A stretch of 64,000 nt of DNA from Nemertoderma westbladi (GCA_032718475.1 JAUCBJ010009099.1:16612-80611), one strand, 5' to 3'; counted from the first letter of the stretch, positions 1 through 14,219 are shown. Notes: generated by a model not told the origin, from the letters alone. Made by a program: numbers and translations.

Positions 1-3000
1 ATACAACTAGAAAGAAGGTGTAAAAAACACATACAACTAGAAAGAAGGTGTAAAAAACACATACAACTAGAAAGAAGGTGTAAAAAACACATACAACTAG
101 AAAGAAGGTGTAAAAAACACATACAACTAGAAAGAAGGTGTAAAAAACACATACAACTAGAAAGAAGGTGTAAAAAACACATACAACTAGAAAGAAGGTG
201 TAAAAAACACATACAACTAGAAAGAAGGTGTAAAAAACACATACAACTAGAAAGAAGGTGTAAAAAACACATACAACTAGAAAGAAGGTGTAAAAAACAC
301 ATACAACTAGAAAGAAGGTGTAAAAAACACATACAACTAGAAAGAAGGTGTAAAAAACACATACAACTAGAAAGAAGGTGTAAAAAACACATACAACTAG
401 AAAGAAGGTGTAAAAAACACATACAACTAGAAAGAAGGTGTAAAAAACACATACAACTAGAAAGAAGGTGTAAAAAACACATACAACTAGAAAGAAGGTG
501 TAAAAAACACATACAACTAGAAAGAAGGTGTAAAAAACACATACAACTAGAAAGAAGGTGTAAAAAACACATACAACTAGAAAGAAGGTGTAAAAAACAC
601 ATACAACTAGAAAGAAGGTGTAAAAAACACATACAACTAGAAAGAAGGTGTAAAAAACACATACAACTAGAAAGAAGGTGTAAAAAACACATACAACTAG
701 AAAGAAGGTGTAAAAAACACATACAACTAGAAAGAAGGTGTAAAAAACACATACAACTAGAAAGAAGGTGTAAAAAACACATACAACTAGAAAGAAGGTG
801 TAAAAAACACATACAACTAGAAAGAAGGTGTAAAAAACACATACAACTAGAAAGAAGGTGTAAAAAACACATACAACTAGAAAGAAGGTGTAAAAAACAC
901 ATACAACTAGAAAGAAGGTGTAAAAAACACATACAACTAGAAAGAAGGTGTAAAAAACACATACAACTAGAAAGAAGGTGTAAAAAACACATACAACTAG
1001 AAAGAAGGTGTAAAAAACACATACAACTAGAAAGAAGGTGTAAAAAACACATACAACTAGAAAGAAGGTGTAAAAAACACATACAACTAGAAAGAAGGTG
1101 TAAAAAACACATACAACTAGAAAGAAGGTGTAAAAAACACATACAACTAGAAAGAAGGTGTAAAAAACACATACAACTAGAAAGAAGGTGTAAAAAACAC
1201 ATACAACTAGAAAGAAGGTGTAAAAAACACATACAACTAGAAAGAAGGTGTAAAAAACACATACAACTAGAAAGAAGGTGTAAAAAACACATACAACTAG
1301 AAAGAAGGTGTAAAAAACACATACAACTAGAAAGAAGGTGTAAAAAACACATACAACTAGAAAGAAGGTGTAAAAAACACATACAACTAGAAAGAAGGTG
1401 TAAAAAACACATACAACTAGAAAGAAGGTGTAAAAAACACATACAACTAGAAAGAAGGTGTAAAAAACACATACAACTAGAAAGAAGGTGTAAAAAACAC
1501 ATACAACTAGAAAGAAGGTGTAAAAAACACATACAACTAGAAAGAAGGTGTAAAAAACACATACAACTAGAAAGAAGGTGTAAAAACACATACAACTAGA
1601 AAGAAGGTGTAAAAAACACATACAACTAGAAAGAAGGTGTAAAAAACACATACAACTAGAAAGAAGGTGTAAAAAACACATACAACTAGAAAGAAGGTGT
1701 AAAAAACACATACAACTAGAAAGAAGGTGTAAAAAACACATACAACTAGAAAGAAGGTGTAAAAAACACATACAACTAGAAAGAAGGTGTAAAAAACACA
1801 TACAACTAGAAAGAAGGTGTAAAAAACACATACAACTAGAAAGAAGGTGTAAAAAACACATACAACTAGAAAGAAGGTGTAAAAAACACATACAACTAGA
1901 AAGAAGGTGTAAAAAACACATACAACTAGAAAGAAGGTGTAAAAAACACATACAACTAGAAAGAAGGTGTAAAAAACACATACAACTAGAAAGAAGGTGT
2001 AAAAAACACATACAACTAGAAAGAAGGTGTAAAAAACACATACAACTAGAAAGAAGGTGTAAAAACACATACAACTAGAAAGAAGGTGTAAAAAACACAT
2101 ACAACTAGAAAGAAGGTGTAAAAAACACATACAACTAGAAAGAAGGTGTAAAAAACACATACAACTAGAAAGAAGGTGTAAAAAACACATACAACTAGAA
2201 AGAAGGTGTAAAAAACACATACAACTAGAAAGAAGGTGTAAAAAACACATACAACTAGAAAGAAGGTGTAAAAAACACATACAACTAGAAAGAAGGTGTA
2301 AAAACACATACAACTAGAAAGAAGGTGTAAAAAACACATACAACTAGAAAGAAGGTGTAAAAAACACATACAACTAGAAAGAAGGTGTAAAAAACACATA
2401 CAACTAGAAAGAAGGTGTAAAAAACACATACAACTAGAAAGAAGGTGTAAAAAACACATACAACTAGAAAGAAGGTGTAAAAAACACATACAACTAGAAA
2501 GAAGGTGTAAAAAACACATACAACTAGAAAGAAGGTGTAAAAAACACATACAACTAGAAAGAAGGTGTAAAAAACACATACAACTAGAAAGAAGGTGTAA
2601 AAAACACATACAACTAGAAAGAAGGTGTAAAAAACACATACAACTAGAAAGAAGGTGTAAAAAACACATACAACTAGAAAGAAGGTGTAAAAAACACATA
2701 CAACTAGAAAGAAGGTGTAAAAAACACATACAACTAGAAAGAAGGTGTAAAAACACATACAACTAGAAAGAAGGTGTAAAAACACATACAACTAGAAAGA
2801 AGGTGTAAAAACACATACAACTAGAAAGAAGGTGTAAAAACACATACAACTAGAAAGAAGGTGTAAAAACACATACAACTAGAAAGAAGGTGTAAAAAAC
2901 ACATACAACTAGAAAGAAGGTGTAAAAACACATACAACTAGAAAGAAGGTGTAAAAACACATACAACTAGAAAGAAGGTGTAAAAACACATACAACTAGA

Positions 3001-6000
3001 AAGAAGGTGTAAAAAACACATACAACTAGAAAGAAGGTGTAAAAAACACATACAACTAGAAAGAAGGTGTAAAAAACACATACAACTAGAAAGAAGGTGT
3101 AAAAAACACATACAACTAGAAAGAAGGTGTAAAAAACACATACAACTAGAAAGAAGGTGTAAAAAACACATACAACTAGAAAGAAGGTGTAAAAAACACA
3201 TACAACTAGAAAGAAGGTGTAAAAAACACATACAACTAGAAAGAAGGTGTAAAAAACACATACAACTAGAAAGAAGGTGTAAAAAACACATACAACTAGA
3301 AAGAAGGTGTAAAAAACACATACAACTAGAAAGAAGGTGTAAAAAACACATACAACTAGAAAGAAGGTGTAAAAAACACATACAACTAGAAAGAAGGTGT
3401 AAAAAACACATACAACTAGAAAGAAGGTGTAAAAAACACATACAACTAGAAAGAAGGTGTAAAAACACATACAACTAGAAAGAAGGTGTAAAAAACACAT
3501 ACAACTAGAAAGAAGGTGTAAAAAACACATACAACTAGAAAGAAGGTGTAAAAAACACATACAACTAGAAAGAAGGTGTAAAAACACATACAACTAGAAA
3601 GAAGGTGTAAAAACACATACAACTAGAAAGAAGGTGTAAAAACACATACAACTAGAAAGAAGGTGTAAAAACACATACAACTAGAAAGAAGGTGTAAAAA
3701 ACACATACAACTAGAAAGAAGGTGTAAAAAACACATACAACTAGAAAGAAGGTGTAAAAAACACATACAACTAGAAAGAAGGTGTAAAAACACATACAAC
3801 TAGAAAGAAGGTGTAAAAAACACATACAACTAGAAAGAAGGTGTAAAAAACACATACAACTAGAAAGAAGGTGTAAAAAACACATACAACTAGAAAGAAG
3901 GTGTAAAAAACACATACAACTAGAAAGAAGGTGTAAAAACACATACAACTAGAAAGAAGGTGTAAAAAACACATACAACTAGAAAGAAGGTGTAAAAAAC
4001 ACATACAACTAGAAAGAAGGTGTAAAAACACATACAACTAGAAAGAAGGTGTAAAAAACACATACAACTAGAAAGAAGGTGTAAAAAACACATACAACTA
4101 GAAAGAAGGTGTAAAAAACACATACAACTAGAAAGAAGGTGTAAAAAACACATACAACTAGAAAGAAGGTGTAAAAACACATACAACTAGAAAGAAGGTG
4201 TAAAAAACACATACAACTAGAAAGAAGGTGTAAAAAACACATACAACTAGAAAGAAGGTGTAAAAACACATACAACTAGAAAGAAGGTGTAAAAAACACA
4301 TACAACTAGAAAGAAGGTGTAAAAAACACATACAACTAGAAAGAAGGTGTAAAAAACACATACAACTAGAAAGAAGGTGTAAAAACACATACAACTAGAA
4401 AGAAGGTGTAAAAAACACATACAACTAGAAAGAAGGTGTAAAAACACATACAACTAGAAAGAAGGTGTAAAAAACACATACAACTAGAAAGAAGGTGTAA
4501 AAACACATACAACTAGAAAGAAGGTGTAAAAAACACATACAACTAGAAAGAAGGTGTAAAAACACATACAACTAGAAAGAAGGTGTAAAAAACACATACA
4601 ACTAGAAAGAAGGTGTAAAAAACACATACAACTAGAAAGAAGGTGTAAAAAACACATACAACTAGAAAGAAGGTGTAAAAAACACATACAACTAGAAAGA
4701 AGGTGTAAAAAACACATACAACTAGAAAGAAGGTGTAAAAAACACATACAACTAGAAAGAAGGTGTAAAAAACACATACAACTAGAAAGAAGGTGTAAAA
4801 AACACATACAACTAGAAAGAAGGTGTAAAAAACACATACAACTAGAAAGAAGGTGTAAAAACACATACAACTAGAAAGAAGGTGTAAAAACACATACAAC
4901 TAGAAAGAAGGTGTAAAAAACACATACAACTAGAAAGAAGGTGTAAAAACACATACAACTAGAAAGAAGGTGTAAAAACACATACAACTAGAAAGAAGGT
5001 GTAAAAAACACATACAACTAGAAAGAAGGTGTAAAAAACACATACAACTAGAAAGAAGGTGTAAAAAACACATACAACTAGAAAGAAGGTGTAAAAAACA
5101 CATACAACTAGAAAGAAGGTGTAAAAACACATACAACTAGAAAGAAGGTGTAAAAAACACATACAACTAGAAAGAAGGTGTAAAAACACATACAACTAGA
5201 AAGAAGGTGTAAAAAACACATACAACTAGAAAGAAGGTGTAAAAAACACATACAACTAGAAAGAAGGTGTAAAAACACATACAACTAGAAAGAAGGTGTA
5301 AAAAACACATACAACTAGAAAGAAGGTGTAAAAAACACATACAACTAGAAAGAAGGTGTAAAAAACACATACAACTAGAAAGAAGGTGTAAAAAACACAT
5401 ACAACTAGAAAGAAGGTGTAAAAAACACATACAACTAGAAAGAAGGTGTAAAAAACACATACAACTAGAAAGAAGGTGTAAAAACACATACAACTAGAAA
5501 GAAGGTGTAAAAAACACATACAACTAGAAAGAAGGTGTAAAAAACACATACAACTAGAAAGAAGGTGTAAAAACACATACAACTAGAAAGAAGGTGTAAA
5601 AACACATACAACTAGAAAGAAGGTGTAAAAACACATACAACTAGAAAGAAGGTGTAAAAAACACATACAACTAGAAAGAAGGTGTAAAAAACACATACAA
5701 CTAGAAAGAAGGTGTAAAAACACATACAACTAGAAAGAAGGTGTAAAAACACATACAACTAGAAAGAAGGTGTAAAAAACACATACAACTAGAAAGAAGG
5801 TGTAAAAAACACATACAACTAGAAAGAAGGTGTAAAAAACACATACAACTAGAAAGAAGGTGTAAAAACACATACAACTAGAAAGAAGGTGTAAAAAACA
5901 CATACAACTAGAAAGAAGGTGTAAAAAACACATACAACTAGAAAGAAGGTGTAAAAACACATACAACTAGAAAGAAGGTGTAAAAAACACATACAACTAG

Positions 6001-8018
6001 AAAGAAGGTGTAAAAAACACATACAACTAGAAAGAAGGTGTAAAAACACATACAACTAGAAAGAAGGTGTAAAAACACATACAACTAGAAAGAAGGTGTA
6101 AAAACACATACAACTAGAAAGAAGGTGTAAAAAACACATACAACTAGAAAGAAGGTGTAAAAACACATACAACTAGAAAGAAGGTGTAAAAACACATACA
6201 ACTAGAAAGAAGGTGTAAAAAACACATACAACTAGAAAGAAGGTGTAAAAACACATACAACTAGAAAGAAGGTGTAAAAAACACATACAACTAGAAAGAA
6301 GGTGTAAAAACACATACAACTAGAAAGAAGGTGTAAAAAACACATACAACTAGAAAGAAGGTGTAAAAACACATACAACTAGAAAGAAGGTGTAAAAAAC
6401 ACATACAACTAGAAAGAAGGTGTAAAAACACATACAACTAGAAAGAAGGTGTAAAAAACACATACAACTAGAAAGAAGGTGTAAAAACACATACAACTAG
6501 AAAGAAGGTGTAAAAAACACATACAACTAGAAAGAAGGTGTAAAAAACACATACAACTAGAAAGAAGGTGTAAAAAACACATACAACTAGAAAGAAGGTG
6601 TAAAAACACATACAACTAGAAAGAAGGTGTAAAAACACATACAACTAGAAAGAAGGTGTAAAAACACATACAACTAGAAAGAAGGTGTAAAAAACACATA
6701 CAACTAGAAAGAAGGTGTAAAAACACATACAACTAGAAAGAAGGTGTAAAAAACACATACAACTAGAAAGAAGGTGTAAAAACACATACAACTAGAAAGA
6801 AGGTGTAAAAAACACATACAACTAGAAAGAAGGTGTAAAAACACATACAACTAGAAAGAAGGTGTAAAAAACACATACAACTAGAAAGAAGGTGTAAAAA
6901 ACACATACAACTAGAAAGAAGGTGTAAAAACACATACAACTAGAAAGAAGGTGTAAAAAACACATACAACTAGAAAGAAGGTGTAAAAACACATACAACT
7001 AGAAAGAAGGTGTAAAAAACACATACAACTAGAAAGAAGGTGTAAAAACACATACAACTAGAAAGAAGGTGTAAAAAACACATACAACTAGAAAGAAGGT
7101 GTAAAAACACATACAACTAGAAAGAAGGTGTAAAAAACACATACAACTAGAAAGAAGGTGTAAAAACACATACAACTAGAAAGAAGGTGTAAAAAACACA
7201 TACAACTAGAAAGAAGGTGTAAAAACACATACAACTAGAAAGAAGGTGTAAAAAACACATACAACTAGAAAGAAGGTGTAAAAACACATACAACTAGAAA
7301 GAAGGTGTAAAAAACACATACAACTAGAAAGAAGGTGTAAAAAACACATACAACTAGAAAGAAGGTGTAAAAACACATACAACTAGAAAGAAGGTGTAAA
7401 AAACACATACAACTAGAAAGAAGGTGTAAAAAACACATACAACTAGAAAGAAGGTGTAAAAAACACATACAACTAGAAAGAAGGTGTAAAAACACATACA
7501 ACTAGAAAGAAGGTGTAAAAAACACATACAACTAGAAAGAAGGTGTAAAAAACACATACAACTAGAAAGAAGGTGTAAAAAACACATACAACTAGAAAGA
7601 AGGTGTAAAAAACACATACAACTAGAAAGAAGGTGTAAAAACACATACAACTAGAAAGAAGGTGTAAAAAACACATACAACTAGAAAGAAGGTGTAAAAA
7701 CACATACAACTAGAAAGAAGGTGTAAAAAACACATACAACTAGAAAGAAGGTGTAAAAACACATACAACTAGAAAGAAGGTGTAAAAAAACACATACAAC
7801 TAGAAAGAAGGGGTGAAAAACACATACAACTAGAAAGAAGGTATAAAAAACACATACAACTAGAAAGAAGGTGTAAAAAAACATACAACTAGAAATAAGG
7901 TGTAAAAAAACACATACAACTAGAAAGAAGGTGTAAAAAAACATACAACTAGAAATAAGGTGTAAAAAAACACATACAACTAGAAAGAAGGTGTAAAAAA
8001 CACATACAACTAGAAAGA
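1..8018. repeat. Tandem satellite, unit ATACAACTAGAAAGAAGGTGTAAAAA(A)CAC (30/29 bp), about 270 copies, runs off the window start
   Basis: Read directly. The first ~52 units are identical, A5/A6 variants appear after ~1580, and substitutions occur only after ~7780. Confidence 0.99.
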
Positions 8019-11000
8019 GGGTTGCCTCCAGTGGAGAGGCACCTTCGGGTTGCCTCTGGTAGAGAGGCATCTTCGGGTTGCCTCCGGTAGAGAGGAACCT
8101 TCAGGTTACCTCCGGTAGAGATGAGCCTTCGGGTTGCCTCCAATAGAGAGGAGTCTTCGGGTTGCCTCTGGTAGAGTGGAGTCTTCGGGTTGCGTCCGGT
8201 AGAGAAGAGTCTTCGGGTTGCCTCCGGGAGAGAGGCATCTTCAGGTTGCCTCCAGTAGAGAGGCACCTTTGGGTTGCCTCTGGTAGAGAGGAGCCTTCGG
8301 GTTGCCTCTGGTAGAGCGGAGCCTTCGGGTTGCCTCTGGTAGAGAGGAGCCTTAGGGTTGCCTCTGGTAGAGTGGAGCCTTCGGGTTGCCTCTGGTAGAG
8401 AAGGGTCTTCGGGTTGCCTCTGGTAGAGAGGCACCTTCGGGTTGCCTCCGGTAGAGGGGAGCCTTCGGGTTGCCTCCAGTAGAGAGGAGCCTTCGGGTTA
8501 CCTCTGGTAGAGAGGTGCCTTCGGGTTGCCTTCGCTGCGGTAGAGAGGAGCCTTCAGGTTGCCTCCAGTAGAGATGCACCTTCGGGTTGCCTTCGCTCCA
8601 GTAGAGAGGAGCCTTCGGGCTGCCTCCGCTGCGGTAGAGAGGAGCCTTCGGGCTGCCTCCGCTGCGGTACAGAGGAGCCTTCGGATGCCTCCAGTAGAGA
8701 TGCACCTTCGGGTTGCATCCAGTAGATTGGGGCCTTCGGGTTGCCTCCGCTCCGGTAGAGAGGAGCCTTCGGGTTACCTCTTGTAGAGAAGTGCCTTCGG
8801 GTTGCCTTCGCTCCAGTAGAGATGAGCCTTCGGGTTGCCTCCACTCCGGTAGAGAGGAGCCTTCATGTTGCCTCTGGTAGAGAGGAGCCTTCATGTTGCC
8901 TCTGGTAGAGAGGAGCCTTCGGGTTGCCTCCGCTTTGGTAGAGAGGAGCCTTCGGGTTACCTCTGGTAGAGAGGTGCCTTCGGGTTGCCTTCGCTCTGGT
9001 AGAGAGGAGCCTTAGGGTTGCCTCCACTCCAGTAGAGAGGAGCCTTCGGGTTGCCTCCACTCCAGTAGAGATGCACCTTCGGGTTACCTCCGGTAGATAG
9101 GCACCTTTGGGTTGCCTCCAGTAGAGTGGAGCCTTCGGGTTGCCTCCGCTCCGGAAGAGAGGAGCCTTTGGGTTGCCTCCACTCTGGTAGTGAGGAGCCT
9201 TCGGGTTGCCTCCAGTAGAGATGCACCTTCGGGTGGCCTCCAGTAGAGTGGAGCCTTCGGGTTGCCTCCACTCCGGTAGAGAGGAGCCTTTGGGTTGCCT
9301 CCGCTCCAGTAGAGAAGAGCCTTCGGGTTGCCTCTGCTCCGGTAGAGAGGAGCCATCGGTTTGCCTCCAGTAGGGTGGAGCCTTTGGGTTGCCTCTGCTC
9401 CGGTAGAGAGGAGCCTTTGGGTTGCCTCCAGTAGAGATGCACCTTCGGGTTGCCTCCGGTAGAGAGGAGCCTTTGGGTTGCCTCCGGTAGAGAGGAGACT
9501 TCGGGTTGCCTCCACTCCCGTAGAGAGGAGCCTTTGGGTTGCCTCTGCGCCAGTAGAGAGGAGCCTTCGGGTTGCCTCCAGTAGAGAGGAGCCTTCGGGT
9601 TGCCTCCAGTAGAGATGCACCTTCGGGTTGCCTCCAGTAGAGATGCACCTTCGGGTTGCCTCCAGTAGAGTGGAGCCTTCGGTTTGCCTCCGCTCCAGTA
9701 GAGATGAGCCTAAGGGTTGCCGCCGATACGATAGAGAGGAGCCTTTGGGTTGCCACCAGTAGAGAGGAGCCTTCGGGTTACCTCTGGTAGAGAGGAACCT
9801 TCGGGTTGCCTCCGGTAGGGAGGAGCCTTCGGGTTACCTCTGGTAGAGTGGAGCCTTCGGGTTGGCTCCAGTAGAGGGGAGCCTTCGGGTTGCCTCCGCT
9901 CCGGTAGAGAGGAGCCTTCGCGTTGCCTCCACTCCGGTAGAGATGTGTCTTCGGGTTGCCTCTGCTCCGGTAGAGAGGAGCCTTCAGGTTGCCTCCACTC
10001 CGGTAGAGAGGAGCCTTTGGGTTGCCTCCAGCAGAGATGCACCTTCGGGTTGCCTCCAGTAGAGTGGAGTCTTCGGGTTGCCTCCGCTCCGGTAGAAAGG
10101 AGCCTTTGGGTTGCCTCCGCTCCAGTATAGAGGAGCCTTCGGGTTGCCTCCGCTCTGGTAGAGAGTAACCTTCGGGTCGCCTCTGCTCTGGTAGAGAGGA
10201 GCTTTGGGTTGCCTCCACTCCGGTAGAGAGGCACCTTCGGATTGCCTTCGCTCCAGTTGAGAGGATCCTTCGGGTTGCCTCCACTCCGGTAGAGAGGAGC
10301 CTTCGGGTTGCCTCTGGTAGAGAGGCACCTTTGGGTTACCTCCGGTAGAGAGGCCCTTCGGGTTGCCTCGCTCCGGTAGAGAGGAGCCTTCGGGTTGCCT
10401 CCACTCCAGTAGAGAGGAGTCTTCAGGTTGCCTCCGCTCCGGTAGAGGAGCCTTCGGGTTACCTCTGCTCCGGTAGAGAGGAGCCTTCGGGTTACCTCTG
10501 CTCCGGTAGAGAGGATCCTCTGGGTTGCCTCAGCTCCGGTAGAGAGGAGCCTTCGGGTTGCCTCCAGTAGAGAGGAGCCTTCGGGTTTCATCCGCTCCGG
10601 TAGAGAGGAGCCTTCGGGTTGCCTCTAGTAAAGAGGCACCTTCGGGTTACCTCCAGTAGAGAGACACCTTCAGGTTGCCTCCAGTAGTGAGGAGCCTTCG
10701 GGTTTCCTCCGCTCCGGTAGAGAGGAGCCTTCGGGTTGCCTCTGGTAGAGGCACCTTCGAGTTACCTCCGGTAGAGGCACCTTTGGGTTGCCTCTGCTCC
10801 GGTAGAGATGCATCTTCGGGTTACCTCTGGTAGAGAGGCACTTTCGGGTTACCTCCGGTAGAGAGACACCTTCGGGTTGCCTCTGCTCCGGTAGAGAGGA
10901 GCCTTTGGGTTTCATCCGCTCCGGTAGAGAGGAGCCTTCGGGTTGCCTCTAGTAAAGAGGCACCTTCGGGTTACCTCCAGTAGAGAGACACCTTCAGGTT

Positions 11001-11985
11001 GCCTCCGCTCCGGTAGAGAGGAGCCTTCAGGTTGCCTCCAGTAGAGAGGAGCCTTCGGGTTTCATCCGCTCCGGTAGAGAGGAGCCTTCGGGTTGCCTCT
11101 AGTAAAGAGGCACCTTCGGGTTACCTCCAGTAGAGAGACACCTTCAGGTTGCCTCCGCTCCGGTAGAGAGGAGCCTTCAGGTTGCCTCCAGTAGTGAGGA
11201 GCCTTCGGGTTTCCTCCGCTCCGGTAGAGAGGAGCCTTCGGGTTGCCTCTGGAAGAGGCACCTTCGGGTTACCTCCGGTAGAGGCACCTTTGGGTTGCCT
11301 CTGCTCCGGTAGAGATGCATCTTCGGGTTACCTCTGGTAGAGAGGCACCTTCGGGTTACCTCCAGTAGAGACATCTTCGGGTTGCCTCCGCTCCGGTAGA
11401 GATGCACCTTCGGGTTACCTCTCGTAGAGAGGCACCTTCGGGTTACCTCCAGTAGAGACATCTTCGGGTTGCCTCCGCTCCGGTAGAGATGCACCTTCGG
11501 GTTACCTCTCGTAGAGAGGCACCTTCGGGTTAGCTCCGGTAGAGAGACCCTTTGGGTTGCCTCTGCTCCGGTAGAGAGGAGCCTTCGGGTTGCCTCCGCT
11601 CCAGTAGAGAGGCACCTTCGGGTTACCTCCAGTAGAGAGACACCTTCGGATTGCCTCTGCTCTGGTAGAGAGGAGCCTTCGGGTTTCCTCCGCTCCAATA
11701 GAGATGAGCCTTCAGGTTGCCTCTGGTAGAGAGGCACCTTCGGGTTACCTCCGGTAGAGAGACACTTTCGGGTTGCCTCTGCTCCAGTAGAGAGGAGCCT
11801 TCGGGTTGCCTCCGGTAGAGAGGCACCTTCGGGTTGCCTCCACTCCGGTAGAGAGGAGCCTTCGGGTTGCCTCTGCTCCAGTATAGAGGAGCCTTCAAGT
11901 TGCCTCCGCTCTGGTAGGGAGGAGCCTTCAGGTTGTCTCCGGTATAGAAGAACCTTTGGGGTTGTCTCTGTTACAGAGGTTGCCT
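8019..11985. repeat. GC-rich minisatellite, core GGGTTGCCTCCGGTAGAGAGGAGCCTTC (28 bp) with a 34-bp variant carrying an extra GCTCC-type 6-mer
   Basis: Read directly; units are diverged and there are block duplications around 10.6-11.5 kb. Confidence 0.97.
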
Positions 11986-12005
11986 TGGCTTAGGAGGTTT
12001 GTTAA

Positions 12006-12837
12006 GGGGGGTGGGGGGATAGCCCCATGGTTTTTTCTTATTTTGTACATGTCTCCGATGTGGTTGAAAAATGCATAGAAAACGATATACCATTGAAAAG
12101 AGAATCATCAAAAGTACATAAAAAATTTTTTAGCGCCCCCTAGCGGCCTCCGTGATATTTTAAAAATTTCACTAAAAAAACTACTCCTCTGTTATTCGAT
12201 ACCACATTTTTTCGAACCAGCATGTTCATTTTCATCATATTTTTCACGCAGTTTTTGTATTTTCGTTCTCTATTTCTGATAATTGGCAATTTTGTAAAAA
12301 AAAAAATCAAAATATTTAAAAAACAGAAAATGTTTTTTTTGTAATTTTCCATTCAAAAAATGGGGACATGTTATTAAATTAGGAAAAGTGCGTGAAATTT
12401 ATTGAAGCTTATGAAATTACAAATTATGAAATTAGTATTTTTCGCGCGAAAAATGTCATTCAGAGATAATCGCCTTCAAAGTTAAAACCTTCCCGAGCTA
12501 AACTACCTACCTTTTTATGGGGTCTGATTGGTTAATAATGTCTGACAGAAAGGAAGCACACCACCGTGCTAAAATTTTATTTATGGGGGTTTTCGGGGAC
12601 GCTGATTTCATTTCCGATGTCAGTTTTAATACTTTGATGGAATCTAGTCTGTCCGTCTATCGGTTGTCTGTCTCTGTCTTACATTTTGACAGACAGATTG
12701 GCAGACAGAAATTCCACGATAACTCGAGATCTCTCTAAGCCGTTTTCAGATTTGAAATCCCCAATAAATTTTGCTCTAGATGCAATAACAAAAACATTTC
12801 TGTAATTTTTAGCGAGGGTGGGCTACCCCCCTCCCCC
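12006..12837. mobile_element. Non-autonomous DNA transposon, Kolobok-like
   Basis: TTAA|GGGGGGTGGGGGGATAGCCC ... GGGCTACCCCCCTCCCCC|TCAA. Internal 12457-12790 is similar to 29178-29490. Confidence 0.7.
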
Positions 12838-13241
12838 TCAATTAGTTAGCCCGAGATAATGTAGGAGGTACGTAATGACGTCGGACAGACCAGTCACACC
12901 TAAATAACATGAGTTGTTCGATATCGGTGGATGAAGACATTTTCACAATATTTTCAAAACCAGTGAAGTGAATGAGTGAATCCTATTGCACATTCGTATA
13001 ATTCCTTCAACAAACCAACTTCTAATTATCAGAAATTGATTTCAAAATCTCTATCCTTTAGGCGTTACAACTGTATGAGATTGTAGAAAATTGGAGAGTC
13101 TGGGTCCCTAATGATCGATGTAAAATGATGAAACTAAAATGTTTAAAAACTGATTCATGAAAAATATATCGACAACACAATTAGTCAGTATTTAACGTTT
13201 TAATGAGAAATATCTCAACACAAGTAACACTTAGTCAGTAA

Positions 13242-13781
13242 TTAACGTTTTATAGTAAACAGTTCTCCGGCCGCCGGTAGAGGAGCTAGAGCACCGGAAG
13301 TGACGTCAGGTAAACGACTGAGATCCGGTAGACTCTGCAGATGATCCCTGAGTTCTCGTCGGACTTTAGTGACCTGATCCAGATTGGACTGGTAGCGCTG
13401 GAGAGTTTCGTTGTCTGCCGCTACGCGTCGCTCTTGTTCCTTAATGAATGCGGATATGAGACGGTAGGTGGCGCGGCGCTCCTCCATCTCGCTTTGCAAC
13501 CGCGCGTTGTAGTCGCCTAGCAACCCATGGGCGCGGTCCACCTTGTCAGACAGATCGGACAGCTCCTCAGCCTGGGTCGGTGAGGTAAGTCTGTCCACCG
13601 AGCTGATATCCTGTATCTCGGCCGGCAGCTGGGCGATCCGTTCACGAACCTCCGCGTCCCCGCTAGGGGCGCTCTCTAACTCCTGCAGACGCCGAACCAA
13701 CTCATCGGTTCCTGGAGGGTCCGGTAGAGGCTCTACTAGGTCCTCGTTACGCCGCCGTTTAGCCACAGGACTCGCCGCAAT
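13242..13781 (-). CDS. RPRD1B: RPRD1/CREPT-family protein, exon 2 (CREPT coiled-coil domain)
   Basis: Acceptor ctgttacAG|ATT at 13782/13781 is in frame with the ORF ending LQSLPDLSRLPDVTSGALAPLPAAGELF, the conserved RPRD1 C-terminus. Confidence 0.92.
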   Translation of the reverse strand: MAASPVAKRRRNEDLVEPLPDPPGTDELVRRLQELESAPSGDAEVRERIAQLPAEIQDISSVDRLTSPTQAEELSDLSDKVDRAHGLLGDYNARLQSEMEERRATYRLISAFIKEQERRVAADNETLQRYQSNLDQVTKVRRELRDHLQSLPDLSRLPDVTSGALAPLPAAGELFTIKR

Positions 13782-14219
13782 CTGTAACAGTTAGAGTGAC
13801 AGATGCAGATGGGTCCATTACATTACACACAAGGCTCCTATGTAATATCTTGTAAAAAAGTCAAAATAAAATAAAATACAAAGTTAATGAAATTAATTTA
13901 TTGTGGTGATTTAAAAGAATTGGGTATAATATTATCCCAAATATTTATTTGGGAATAATATAGAAAATAGATAGATTAGGTCTATATTATTGAAATCTAT
14001 CTACATTGTAAGAGGGGCTAAAACTCCGAAGACTTTATAAAATTAAAAACGCTTTTATATTTCAACAGACTCTAAAAACAGACTCAGACAATTCCAAATC
14101 ACTTTACAACCAAAGTTGACTTGTAGGTTCATTTGCCTTTAGAGTTATGAGGCAGGCTATTAATACATAATACATATTGGTAGTTGGTTTGGTACCGGTA
14201 GTCTACAGGCCTAACTCAC

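Noticed and set aside
1-8018. CRISPR array or telomere
   Set aside because: There are no spacers or cas genes and the context is eukaryotic; the unit lacks the G/C strand skew of telomerase repeats.
1567-11898. Dozens of long ORFs (CMCFLHLLSS, YTFFLVVCVF, GGNPKAPLY repeats)
   Set aside because: Translation artefacts of stop-free satellite frames, constantly broken by 1-bp unit variants.
13175-13255. About 28-bp imperfect duplication around the RPRD1 stop codon
   Set aside because: A simple local duplication with no functional evidence.
13272-13286. CCGGTAGAGGAGC match between RPRD1 exon 2 and satellite 2
   Set aside because: Only ~13 bp matching a rare unit variant; chance is sufficient.
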